DNA of 32,000 nt from Nitrosopumilus sp. GTDB taxonomy: Archaea > Thermoproteota > Nitrososphaeria > Nitrososphaerales > Nitrosopumilaceae. The notes beneath the pieces were generated by a model. That model was not told where the DNA came from. It made no database searches and saw only the letters and a list, made by a program, of their open reading frames with translations. The translations under genes and the position numbers were made by a program. Shown one piece after another: positions 1 to 8,834 of this stretch (position 1 is the stretch's first letter; the number at the start of each line of letters is the position of its first letter). The stretch is from assembly GCA_029864335.1 (NCBI GenBank), contig JAOTTS010000007.1, positions 46,677 through 78,676 of the forward strand, in the 5' to 3' direction.

Positions 1-118
1 ATACTGTGGCCAGTAATTTTCTTAAATTATATTTTATCTGAATTGATGAATTCTTTATTGTCCATAATTCTTGCAAACCGTAATGAACATACACTAGTGC
101 AATACACTGGAATTTGAA

Positions 119-376
119 ATGATTTCTTTTGAATATCGAATTCTTAGTGAATTTAAAATAAAAAAAGCAAAAATTGACACATTATCTAATTTTATTCTAG
201 GTCATACAGATCCTACAGGTATTGAGGTAAAAGAGGCTTCAGAATTCCTCAATGTTTTGATTAATGAAATTGATAAATTCTATGTAAGCCATAGTGAAAT
301 TCTATCAAATAATGGGAAAAGATCTCTCACCATAGTTCACGTTTACATGAAACAAAACAATGGAATGAAAATATAG
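119..376 (+). CDS. hypothetical protein (85 aa)
   Basis: ATG-initiated ORF ending 10 nt upstream of the gap ORF on the same strand. No motif recognised. Confidence 0.4.
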   Translation: MISFEYRILSEFKIKKAKIDTLSNFILGHTDPTGIEVKEASEFLNVLINEIDKFYVSHSEILSNNGKRSLTIVHVYMKQNNGMKI

Positions 377-385
377 AAAGTTTTT

Positions 386-1522
386 ATGAAAAAAATCCCC
401 GCAGAAGACCTAGAAAATAAATGGGATTTTCACTACACTAATCTAAATAAAAGGGTAAAATATACAGAATACATGAAAAAAGTCTTTATTAACGGATATG
501 GTTCCATTGGCAGTAGAATTACTGATTTTCTAAAAGATGATCCTGAAATAACAGTTATTGGTATAGGTAAATATTCTCCTGATGAAAAAGTAGAGATTGC
601 AAATTCACGAGGTTTGGACGTATATGTTCCAGAAAAAAAGATTGGCGATTTTTCAAATTATAAAATTAAAGGCTCCATTGAATCCGCACTTGATAATTGT
701 GATTTAGTAATTGATGCTGCTCCTGGCGGTCATGGTTATAAAAATAAAGTAAATCTGTATGAACCTAAAAACCTCCCTGCAATTTATCAGGGAGGTGAAT
801 CCGTTATGGGATCAGAATCTGTTTCTGATTTATTGTTTAATTCAAGAGCTAATTATGATCAAGCCTTAGGCAAACGCCATGTAATGCAAGGAAGCTGCAA
901 TGTTACTGGAATGGGCAGGGTTTTAGAACCATTACGTGACAAGTTTGGAGATAAATTGATTCGTTTTGATGTTACACTTGTTAGAAGATGGGCAGATATA
1001 GAACAGACAGAAAAAAAACTTGTTGATACTATAGAAATGTCTGAAAAACCTCATCATGGTGATGATGTAAAGATGTATTTTGGAAAAGATGCTCCACTTT
1101 ATGTTAGAGCAATCAAAGTACCAACAAGACAAATGCACTTGCATATTATGGATATACGATTCAAAGATGTTGCTCCAAAACCATCTCAAATTCACGAACT
1201 TTTTACAAATGAGTTTGGTGTTGCAACTGTTTGGACTGCTAAAGGAACTAAAGATATTCGAGATTATGCGCAAAATATGGGCTTTAATTTTACAGATACA
1301 AACATGATTCACATTCATGCAAACATGACTACGTCAATTGGTGACACCGTTCAAATGATGTATTCTGATGACCAAACAGGCATTGTTATTCCTGAAAATC
1401 ATATGCTTTTACAAGCAATGTTGTTTAAAAAATCATACAAAGAAGCATTTACTCATACTGAATCAATTTTCCATATGAAAGAAAAAAAGCAAAAATTACA
1501 AGAGTATTTTGCAAAAAAGTAA
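386..1522 (+). CDS. gap: type II (archaeal) glyceraldehyde-3-phosphate dehydrogenase
   Basis: Rossmann start INGYGSIGSR, DAAPGG, IYQGGE and the catalytic-Cys motif GSCNVTG match archaeal NAD(P)-dependent GAPDH. 386 is the longest ORF. The in-frame ATG at 473 (MKKVFINGYG) is the more likely start, because it sits just before the Rossmann fold and a TAAATAAAA box lies 21-29 nt upstream. Confidence 0.9.
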   Translation: MKKIPAEDLENKWDFHYTNLNKRVKYTEYMKKVFINGYGSIGSRITDFLKDDPEITVIGIGKYSPDEKVEIANSRGLDVYVPEKKIGDFSNYKIKGSIESALDNCDLVIDAAPGGHGYKNKVNLYEPKNLPAIYQGGESVMGSESVSDLLFNSRANYDQALGKRHVMQGSCNVTGMGRVLEPLRDKFGDKLIRFDVTLVRRWADIEQTEKKLVDTIEMSEKPHHGDDVKMYFGKDAPLYVRAIKVPTRQMHLHIMDIRFKDVAPKPSQIHELFTNEFGVATVWTAKGTKDIRDYAQNMGFNFTDTNMIHIHANMTTSIGDTVQMMYSDDQTGIVIPENHMLLQAMLFKKSYKEAFTHTESIFHMKEKKQKLQEYFAKK

Positions 1523-1524
1523 TT

Positions 1525-2778
1525 TCATTTTTTAATTCGTTCTATTCTTATTTTTTCAGGTAGGTTCTTTACAACTTTCTCAACAACTATTCTCACCTTT
1601 CCTAATTCTAATTTATCACCTTCTTGGGGAATATCTTGTAACTTTTCATGTAATAATCCATTAAGCGTACTATAATCATCACCTTCTGGTAATTCTGATT
1701 TAAAAATTTCATTAATTTTTTCAATTTCTATCTCTCCTGATGTAATAATTGTGTCTTTATCTATAGAATTGTACATAATTGATTCGGGTGAATCTGTTTC
1801 ATCCTCTATATCTCCAATAATTTCTTCAATCAGATCTTCTAATGTTACCAATCCTTCAACTCCACCATGTTCATCTATCACTATTGCCATGTGTGTTTTT
1901 CTACCCTTCATTTCTCTTAGCAATGAAGTAACCATCTTTTCTTGAGAAACAAAAACAGGTGTTCTTGCAATTTGCTCTAATGTCTTCATCTTGTTATCTG
2001 ATTCAAGCTCTCTTAACACATCTCTTACATGAATGAATCCTACTATATCGTCATGAGTTTCACCATAAATTGGAATTCTAGAGTGTGAGTTTTGATTAAT
2101 TATTGGAAGTGCCTCAAACAGCAACATTTTTGCAGGAAGTGACTGCATTTTCATTCTAGGAGTCATAACAGCACGAATTACAGTGTCATCAAATTCTAGT
2201 GCTCTATGAACTAAATCTCGTTCTTGACTTTCTAATGCTTCATCTCTATGACCTTGATCAATAATACCTCTGATTTCATTTTCAGTTAATGCTGGTGGAT
2301 GATAATCACTCCCAGTAATTTTGATCATGACACGAGTAATTCTTTCCAAGACCCAAACTACGGGATAAGTAGCATAGCTAAACATTAGTAAAATTCCACT
2401 TGAACGAAGTGCAACTTTGGTTGCATTAGCATTACAATATGTTTTTGGAGTAACTTCTCCAAAAATAATAATCAAAAAAGTCATAATTCCTATTGCAATT
2501 CCAAGTCCACTATCTCCAAATAATTTAATTGCAACTACCGTTGCCAACGCAGATGAACCTATGTTTACTAAATTATTTCCAAGATTTACAGCTGACATCA
2601 TCCAACCTGGATTTGATTTAAGTTTTTGAAGTGCTTTGGCACCTCGTCTTTTCTCTTTTACTAATTGCTCTACCGTAGCTTGACTGGTACCAACCAATGA
2701 TACTTCTAGCCCACTAAAAAATCCCGATAATCCAATTAACCCTGCTAAAGCAGCAAGCTCTAACCAAAGTTCTACCAA
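1525..2778 (-). CDS. CNNM/HlyC-CorC family transporter (DUF21 membrane domain, CBS pair, CorC_HlyC C-terminal domain)
   Basis: Hydrophobic N-terminal about 180 aa, followed by a CBS-pair-like segment (RIPIYGETHDDIVGFIHVRDV, HMAIVIDEHGGVEGLVTLEDLIEEIIGDIEDE) and a C-terminal transporter-associated domain. Confidence 0.85.
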   Translation of the reverse strand: MVELWLELAALAGLIGLSGFFSGLEVSLVGTSQATVEQLVKEKRRGAKALQKLKSNPGWMMSAVNLGNNLVNIGSSALATVVAIKLFGDSGLGIAIGIMTFLIIIFGEVTPKTYCNANATKVALRSSGILLMFSYATYPVVWVLERITRVMIKITGSDYHPPALTENEIRGIIDQGHRDEALESQERDLVHRALEFDDTVIRAVMTPRMKMQSLPAKMLLFEALPIINQNSHSRIPIYGETHDDIVGFIHVRDVLRELESDNKMKTLEQIARTPVFVSQEKMVTSLLREMKGRKTHMAIVIDEHGGVEGLVTLEDLIEEIIGDIEDETDSPESIMYNSIDKDTIITSGEIEIEKINEIFKSELPEGDDYSTLNGLLHEKLQDIPQEGDKLELGKVRIVVEKVVKNLPEKIRIERIKK

Positions 2779-2913
2779 GATATCATCCTCACAAATTTCT
2801 TAGAAATACATCTATTACTCATTTAGTTATTTTGCACCATCTTTTGGTTGTAATAGTTCTGCAAAACATGGATTTAACTCTTGAGATATCAAAAATATTG
2901 TTTCATACTATAG

Positions 2914-2929
2914 AGCCTAAAAATAGGCT
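2914..2929 (-). terminator. hairpin at the thrC stop codon (AGCCTA-loop4-TAGGCT)
   Basis: Perfect 6-bp inverted repeat with a 4-nt loop that overlaps the TAA of thrC by one base. A T-rich stretch follows on the minus strand. A terminator role is inference only. Confidence 0.2.
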
Positions 2930-4326
2930 TAATTTTTTGGGGGTTTTGCAAATATGTTTTTTGGATTCTGATGATATTCAACTGGCAACATTGCATCTTT
3001 TTGTCTACCTGTAAGAATTCCTACAACTACATCGTCTTTCTTGATGATTTCTTCGCTGATTAACTTCTTTATTCCAACCACTGATGCTCCTGATGCCATC
3101 TCACAATCAAATCCATTTAGTCCCACAACTGACATTCCATCAAGCATTTCAGAGTCTGAAACAGTGGTTGCTACACCATTTGTGAACTCTAACGCACGTA
3201 AGCCTTTCAAAATATTTGCAGGCCTGCCAATTTGAATCGCAGTTGCTTTAGTTTTTGGTCTTATTCCTTCTTTATCTAAATGATCATAATATCTAGAAAT
3301 TAATTCAGTGTTAGGATTTCCTTTATTCCATCTGAGCTCTTCACCCTCAAATTTACCATTATACAAATCTGATAATGTACTTGCACCCTCTGAATTTATC
3401 ACAGCTATTCTTGGGATTTTTTTAATCCATCCCCATTCATACAATTCCATGAGTGCTTTTCCACAACTTGAAGTATTTCCCAAAGCCCCTCCAGGATAAA
3501 CAATCCAATCTGGGGATTTCCAGTTAAGATATTCTAATGCTCTAAATGGAATTGTTTTTTGTCCTTCAATTCTAAATGGATTTACTGAATTTACAGTGTA
3601 CCCTTCATGATTTTGTGCATCTTCTAGTGATTGTTTTAATGCATCATCAAAATTTCCATCAACTTCTAAAATTTGAGCTCCAAATTGATATGCTTGACTC
3701 AGTTTTCCTGGTGCTATTTGTCCTGCAGGAATATAGACATCACAATTAATTCCTTCATTTGCCGCAAACATTCCTGCAGATGCAGATGTGTTTCCAGTTG
3801 ATGCACAAACGATTTTTTTTGCACCCACCATCTTTGCGTGTGTGACAGCTGTTGCCATCCCATTATCCTTGAAGGAACCACTAGGATTGTACCCCTCAGG
3901 TTGCAACCATAAATTTTTAGTTGAAATTTCTATGAACTCTGCAGCTTTTGACATTTGATATGGTTTTGACTGTCTTCCTTCTGCACCATCTAATGATACT
4001 AAATATTTTGAACATTCCTCAAGATTTTCAGTATCTATCTGACAAAAATTCAGCAATTCTCTAAATCTCCAAACTCCACTTTCATTAAAAATACTGCCTT
4101 CTGAATTACGCCTTTTGTAAAATACTTCTTTCAAATCTGTTGAAGGTTTGTTTTTGTATTTTACATCTAATAGATGTCCCTCTCTACATTGTACATTTGT
4201 ACTCTCAATAGGATATTCTAAACCACATTGTGGGTCAATACACTTTAGATACGCATTTCCTTGCATTGTCCTTTCAAATAATAGGTGATAATTTAAAGCA
4301 AATGTGTGACTTTCAGACAAGGTCAA
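2929..4326 (-). CDS. thrC: threonine synthase (PLP-dependent)
   Basis: PLP-lysine motif SGSFKDNGM, ASTGNTSAS and an N-terminal Cys cluster (CIDPQCG...C) typical of archaeal-type ThrC. Position 4326 is a TTG. The in-frame ATG at 4266 (MQGNAYLKC) has a TTTAAATTA box 23-31 nt upstream and is the likelier start. Confidence 0.9.
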   Translation of the reverse strand: MTLSESHTFALNYHLLFERTMQGNAYLKCIDPQCGLEYPIESTNVQCREGHLLDVKYKNKPSTDLKEVFYKRRNSEGSIFNESGVWRFRELLNFCQIDTENLEECSKYLVSLDGAEGRQSKPYQMSKAAEFIEISTKNLWLQPEGYNPSGSFKDNGMATAVTHAKMVGAKKIVCASTGNTSASAGMFAANEGINCDVYIPAGQIAPGKLSQAYQFGAQILEVDGNFDDALKQSLEDAQNHEGYTVNSVNPFRIEGQKTIPFRALEYLNWKSPDWIVYPGGALGNTSSCGKALMELYEWGWIKKIPRIAVINSEGASTLSDLYNGKFEGEELRWNKGNPNTELISRYYDHLDKEGIRPKTKATAIQIGRPANILKGLRALEFTNGVATTVSDSEMLDGMSVVGLNGFDCEMASGASVVGIKKLISEEIIKKDDVVVGILTGRQKDAMLPVEYHQNPKNIFAKPPKN

Positions 4327-4371
4327 GCTATTTTTCCTAAACTTTAGATTAGATACAACTCAAAATTAATT

Positions 4372-4746
4372 GTGGTTACCTACAATGATCATCTGAAAAA
4401 CATTCTAGTTCAGATACTTGAATCTTATAATCATCTAAAAGAAGTTAAAGATATACCTGGAGATCTTGATAATATTAAAAAAGAGATGCTAAAAATTAAC
4501 GGATTTCTAAAAGTTATTACAAATAAAATAGATATTGAAAAGATTCCATCATCTGATTTTAAACCATTAAAATCCAAACTTCAACAGTATTTGCAGAATT
4601 ATTCTTTTGAGCAAGAAATTGAAACGATGATTCCATTATATTCTGACGATATACATAGAATAAAAAATATGAGACTGAAAATATTGGAAGCATTAGAAGA
4701 TAAAAAAATGATAGATGATGTTGAGAGTTTAATTGAAAAAATATGA
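4372..4746 (+). CDS. hypothetical protein (124 aa, predicted helical/coiled coil)
   Basis: GTG-initiated ORF divergent from thrC. Its stop overlaps the ATG of the next mini-ORF (ATGA). Confidence 0.45.
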   Translation: MVTYNDHLKNILVQILESYNHLKEVKDIPGDLDNIKKEMLKINGFLKVITNKIDIEKIPSSDFKPLKSKLQQYLQNYSFEQEIETMIPLYSDDIHRIKNMRLKILEALEDKKMIDDVESLIEKI

Positions 4747-4847
4747 CTGATGAAAAGAAATGCATCTTGTGTGGGTGTGATCACAAATTGTTTGGTTGCT
4801 CAAGACACGTTTCAAAAAAATGTAGTTGCTACAAAGAGATCAATTAA
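4743..4847 (+). CDS. Cys-rich mini-protein (34 aa): MTDEKKCILCGCDHKLFGCSRHVSKKCSCYKEIN
   Basis: Hand-translated and below the ORF-track cutoff. ATG overlaps the upstream stop (ATGA coupling). It has 6 Cys and 2 His in 34 aa, arranged as CxxCxC...C...CxC. Confidence 0.4.
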   Translation: MTDEKKCILCGCDHKLFGCSRHVSKKCSCYKEIN

Positions 4848-4853
4848 TCCTAT

Positions 4854-4973
4854 CTATTGTTTTCTTTTAGCACCTGATCTTTCATGAAAATTTAAACAAC
4901 ATTTGCATTCTTTTTCACGGCATTCTGATTCACTATGATGACCACAAATACCACATTCACAGCTTTTTGACAT
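4854..4973 (-). CDS. Cys-rich mini-protein (39 aa): MSKSCECGICGHHSESECREKECKCCLNFHERSGAKRKQ
   Basis: Hand-translated. ATG start at 4971-4973, TAG stop at 4854-4856. It has 7 Cys and 3 His in 39 aa and a basic tail. It is convergent with the 34-aa ORF, with 6 nt between the stops. Confidence 0.45.
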   Translation of the reverse strand: MSKSCECGICGHHSESECREKECKCCLNFHERSGAKRKQ

Positions 4974-5041
4974 ATTAGTAATTATCCAGTTTAGAATATA
5001 ATTTATCCCTCTAATTTTTATGAGTTTATAGTCAAATGAGG

Positions 5042-5371
5042 CTATTTTTTAGATTTTGATTTTTTTGCAGGTTTTTCTTTACCTTCTAACTCTTTTTTAA
5101 TTTCATCTGCTTTACTATTTACGGCTTTGATGATCTCCTGAATAAGTCCATCAAGATCACTGTCTTCTACTGGTGGTTCAACTGTGTTTGCAATCTCGTT
5201 AATAGTACTTGAAATTTCGGCACTTACATCTTCAAAACTTTCGGGGTCTTCATATGCAACATTATATAGTGATTTGAGATTATTTACATGACTGATTACT
5301 TGTTCTGTCAACACAATTCTGTAGTCTGTTCCATTCACATCAAATTCTTTTGAACTCATAATGTTTTTCAA
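5042..5371 (-). CDS. hypothetical acidic protein with Lys-rich C-terminal tail (109 aa)
   Basis: Clean ATG ORF with an acidic body and the tail EGKEKPAKKSKSKK. No motif recognised. Confidence 0.55.
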   Translation of the reverse strand: MKNIMSSKEFDVNGTDYRIVLTEQVISHVNNLKSLYNVAYEDPESFEDVSAEISSTINEIANTVEPPVEDSDLDGLIQEIIKAVNSKADEIKKELEGKEKPAKKSKSKK

Positions 5372-5895
5372 ATTCTTTTGTTTATAATGTTTTTCAGATG
5401 ATCAAAACTGAAAATTATGATTAGGACGAATATTATGATTAGCAGTGATTGTAGTAATTGTAGATAATACAAAACTAAACTTTGATCTTCACCAGTTTAA
5501 ACACTCCAGCAAATACATTCACTTTGAAATTGTTAACCTGTTTCTCATTCAGAAACATGCAACAAATATTCCAATATCTGTGTTTTTTTCATCAATTAGA
5601 ATGGAATTCACTTCATATTGTATGATTTTAAACAATAATGAATATGTGCCAAAAATAAAAAATTCTGTGCTAAACAAGATGAATTCTTAGTTTTTTATTT
5701 AAATGGTAAAGAATATTATTCAAATATCACTCAACATGTATTTGAATACAATGATCGAATTCGGATATCTCTTGGAAATGAAGAATTTCTCTCAAAACAT
5801 CTAAAACATTTAGAATTTCAAGAAATTTTCAACATCCATAATGTCATCCCTGAATATTCTAAAGATATCATAGCGATATAATTCTGAAATGATTT

Positions 5896-6393
5896 TTACC
5901 ACAATTTACCTTTCTTTTTTAATGCAGATTTTGCATTACCTGAAATAGTATCTAATGTATGCATATCATAATTTGCATTAGTGAAATCAGCTGATGTAAA
6001 AATTGCCCCTTCAAAGTTTGTATGTCTGAGATTCACTCCACTTAGATTTGCATCACTCAAATCTGCATTTCTTAAATCTGTATAAAACAAGTCTGCACCA
6101 TTAATGTCTGCCCCTCGAAGATCAACTCCGTACATTTCCGCATCCCATAGTTTTGCATTAGAAAGATTTACACCCCTCATGTCTGCTCCTCTTAATTTTA
6201 CATAAAATAAAATGGAATCACTTAGGTTAGATTCTCTAAGATCTGTACAACTCAAGTCCGCATTATGGATATCTCGATTTTTGAGATTAACTCCACTCAT
6301 GTTGGAATCAGACAAGTTTCGTCCAATCAAATCTTCATAATCAAAATTTATTTTTGTAAGATTTCGTTTACGAAAAATATCTGAAGTGTTCAT
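5896..6393 (-). CDS. pentapeptide-repeat protein
   Basis: Continuous A(D/N)LxX-type repeats: NLSDSNMSGVNLKNRDIHNADLSCTDLRESNLSDS...GADLFYTDLRNADLSDANLSGVNLRHTNFEGAIF. Confidence 0.85.
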   Translation of the reverse strand: MNTSDIFRKRNLTKINFDYEDLIGRNLSDSNMSGVNLKNRDIHNADLSCTDLRESNLSDSILFYVKLRGADMRGVNLSNAKLWDAEMYGVDLRGADINGADLFYTDLRNADLSDANLSGVNLRHTNFEGAIFTSADFTNANYDMHTLDTISGNAKSALKKKGKLW

Positions 6394-6394
6394 T

Positions 6395-6426
6395 ATAAAT
6401 TAAAATAATAAATTAAAATAATAAAT
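6395..6426. repeat. 13-bp tandem repeat ATAAATTAAAATA, about 2.5 copies
   Basis: Read directly: copies at 6395-6407 and 6408-6420 are identical, and 6421-6426 is a partial third copy. It lies immediately upstream of the pentapeptide-repeat gene start (6393). Confidence 0.8.
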
Positions 6427-6477
6427 CATACATTTGAATTTTACATCAATTAGTTAATCTCTCATCCCATTTCAAAT

Positions 6478-6930
6478 TTAAAATACGATATAATCTAATG
6501 CAGCAGCATCACTGATTAATCTAGTATGTTTTGATCCTACTACGTAGCCATTTTTTACATCGCTTGCAGGTATCCATCTATTTGTGGAAGAATAATGTCT
6601 CTTTTCTGCTAATTCTCTTTCAATAGCCTCAATATCGAATTCCCCTTCTTCAACTTGTTGTGTAGTGAGATGTTTGATGGTAACAAGAATTTTTGTTACT
6701 TTGACACGATCTCCAAATTTCCATTTTGATGGGGGATTCTCATCAGATACTTCAATAACTTTAATTTTCATTTGTTTATTTCCAAATGCATCATGACTAA
6801 TCAATGTCCTCTCATCTGTGAATTCCTCAAAACTAATGCGTGAATTCACTTCTGCATCCGATACTGTTTCAAGTAATGCCTCGGAGCTAATCTCATTTAA
6901 TTCAACATTAGTTTTTTCTTCAGACAACAT
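6478..6930 (-). CDS. hypothetical protein (150 aa)
   Basis: ATG ORF on the same strand as its flanking genes. Acidic N-terminus. No motif recognised. Confidence 0.55.
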   Translation of the reverse strand: MLSEEKTNVELNEISSEALLETVSDAEVNSRISFEEFTDERTLISHDAFGNKQMKIKVIEVSDENPPSKWKFGDRVKVTKILVTIKHLTTQQVEEGEFDIEAIERELAEKRHYSSTNRWIPASDVKNGYVVGSKHTRLISDAAALDYIVF

Positions 6931-6977
6931 GTGTATTTGTATCTTATCCTTAAAAAACGATTTGTAATTATGTGAAA

Positions 6978-7550
6978 TTAGGCACTAGTTCTTTGCTTTG
7001 TCTTAAAAGGCATATGACATTCTTTTAGGAATAATTCTTTTCTTTTACCATCTATTTTTGCAAAAAATTTGCCATCATAAGTGCAAACACAGTCTGTGAT
7101 CTCTAAGGATTCATCCCAAATCTTAAAGAATTCTCTTAATTCTCGACTTTCGTATTTGCCAATATTGATCCTTTTTTTTGATAGAAACTTGAATGCTAAA
7201 AGCACATTCCTTTTTTCATAAATATCAAAAGTCTTAATCCATGACAAGCATCTTTCAATTTGATCTGCAGGTACTGGAAGTGATGTACTAGTTCCAGATT
7301 TTGCCTCTATTGTAAAAATTGTACTGTTATCGGTATTTACCGCTAATACGTCAGGTAATGCAATACTTGGCGACCCCAGTCGAAAGGCTTTCCATTTGTC
7401 ATTACTGTTAAATCGTTTTACAATGGTGTCTTCCCATTGATAACCTCTTTGTCTTCGTGTTCTAGCAGCTTTTTGATTATTCGTTATCTTATTCCTAGTA
7501 ATTTTTTGCTTTGTAATTGTAAATGATGATACTTTTCCTCTCATTGACAT
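6978..7550 (-). CDS. hjc: Hjc-type Holliday junction resolvase-like PD-(D/E)xK nuclease with terminal extensions
   Basis: The Hjc catalytic pattern is in the correct order: E (GYQWED), D (LPDVLAV) and ExK (FTIEAKSG), followed by the LLAFKF strand. There are also a basic N-terminal extension of about 35 aa and a C-terminal CxC...CH segment. Confidence 0.7.
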   Translation of the reverse strand: MSMRGKVSSFTITKQKITRNKITNNQKAARTRRQRGYQWEDTIVKRFNSNDKWKAFRLGSPSIALPDVLAVNTDNSTIFTIEAKSGTSTSLPVPADQIERCLSWIKTFDIYEKRNVLLAFKFLSKKRINIGKYESRELREFFKIWDESLEITDCVCTYDGKFFAKIDGKRKELFLKECHMPFKTKQRTSA

Positions 7551-7761
7551 TTGATTCTGAATATAGATATAGAAAAGAAGGTAATTACATAATAACTCAA
7601 TAAAAAATCAGATTAAGGTCATTTTCATATTAATATTTTTAGAAAATTATCGAATAATTAGGAATGATTCAGAAATGAATTTCGGTGGTTATTGTTAATT
7701 CAATGATTCTGAAGTCGTCGAACAACATCTAATTCATAAATACCCGTATTTTTTAGATTCA

Positions 7762-7965
7762 TTGGTGACAGAGTTAATCATTGAAAAATTGTTTGAACAA
7801 AGAGATTTCTACCTAAACACCATCAAGCATTTAGAATTTCAATTAATAGTGGATCCTACTGAAGATGAAATTCAACAAAACGAAAAATTGAAAATTACCA
7901 TAATAAATGAATTAAAAAAAGTGGAAGATGAAATTCAATTAATTTTATCTAAAAATACTCCCTAA
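7762..7965 (+). CDS. hypothetical small coiled-coil protein (67 aa)
   Basis: ORF with a TTG (7762) or GTG (7765) start. Heptad-like, Glu/Lys-rich sequence. Confidence 0.35.
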   Translation: MVTELIIEKLFEQRDFYLNTIKHLEFQLIVDPTEDEIQQNEKLKITIINELKKVEDEIQLILSKNTP

Positions 7966-8006
7966 ATTACAATGAGTTTATCTGTCCCCTTAATTTTACA
8001 AAAATT

Positions 8007-8834
8007 ATGTTAGATAAAATAGTATCAAATTTGATTCTAATTAAACAAGAGTTTGCAAAAAATTACAATGGCGGTGCTCACATTCAGGAGGTGATTCCTT
8101 CATCTCCATCTGAAGAATTTCCAATAGATGGCAATCATTTGATTATGCTACATAATTTTGCAAAGAAAAATCCCATTTACTTTAATTCATTTGAACAAGA
8201 AATTGCAGGAGTATCATGCATTATTTATGAAGGCGACATTAACGAATACTGGTTAAACAGCATCAAACATGGTACAAGTTGTCAGCCATTTTATCCAACG
8301 TGGATAATGTCTGCATATGTAATGTCGTTTTTTGCAAAACAATTAGAATATGCAGAATTGGTAGATATTGGTTCAGGAGATGGCAGAATTGCTTTTTGTG
8401 GAACTCTTCTAGGATTAACTTCTCATAGTATTGAAATTGATGATGTATTAGTAAAATTACAAGAAACTATTTGCAAATCCACAAATCAAAATTTTGATCC
8501 AAGATGTGAAGACGCATTGGAATTTAATTACTCTCAAATCAAATTAACACATCCAATATTTTTCATTGGAGGTTTACCTCAAATGGGAGGTGATGTTTTG
8601 GCCACTAACATAATTGATAAAATAAACACAATTCCTGATCTAAAAAACAATACTGGTTTAGTATTTACTGGAACAGATTCCAAAAGACAATTGTCCGGTA
8701 ATCTAGCGAATGGGGGATGGAGTTCGCTCATTGAAAAACATAATCTTGATGTTATAGATACCGTTTCACTTCCAACTGTTTGGACCTTTGATCAGAAAAT
8801 CGAAACTCCTTACATCTATGCAAAATTCAAATAA
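8007..8834 (+). CDS. class I SAM-dependent methyltransferase-like protein
   Basis: Motif I LVDIGSGDGRIAF, followed by an acidic end of strand 2 (HSIEID). Substrate unknown. Confidence 0.65.
   Translation: MLDKIVSNLILIKQEFAKNYNGGAHIQEVIPSSPSEEFPIDGNHLIMLHNFAKKNPIYFNSFEQEIAGVSCIIYEGDINEYWLNSIKHGTSCQPFYPTWIMSAYVMSFFAKQLEYAELVDIGSGDGRIAFCGTLLGLTSHSIEIDDVLVKLQETICKSTNQNFDPRCEDALEFNYSQIKLTHPIFFIGGLPQMGGDVLATNIIDKINTIPDLKNNTGLVFTGTDSKRQLSGNLANGGWSSLIEKHNLDVIDTVSLPTVWTFDQKIETPYIYAKFK

Noticed and set aside
932-1318. 128-aa antisense ORF (and 1080-1307 +) inside gap
   Set aside because: It is fully contained in the well-supported GAPDH gene and has no motifs. This is the usual long shadow frame of AT-rich DNA. 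The same reasoning applies to 1751-1945, 2417-2629, 3041-3235, 3308-3499, 9805-10038, 14236-14442, 15733-15969, 18413-18622, 24405-24596, 27268-27531, 27820-28080, 28180-28530 and 29767-29961.
5445-5690. 81-aa ORF as a confident stand-alone gene
   Set aside because: It has a GTG start, a hydrophobic low-complexity beginning and no motif. It is kept only as part of the possible frameshifted gene reported in the findings.
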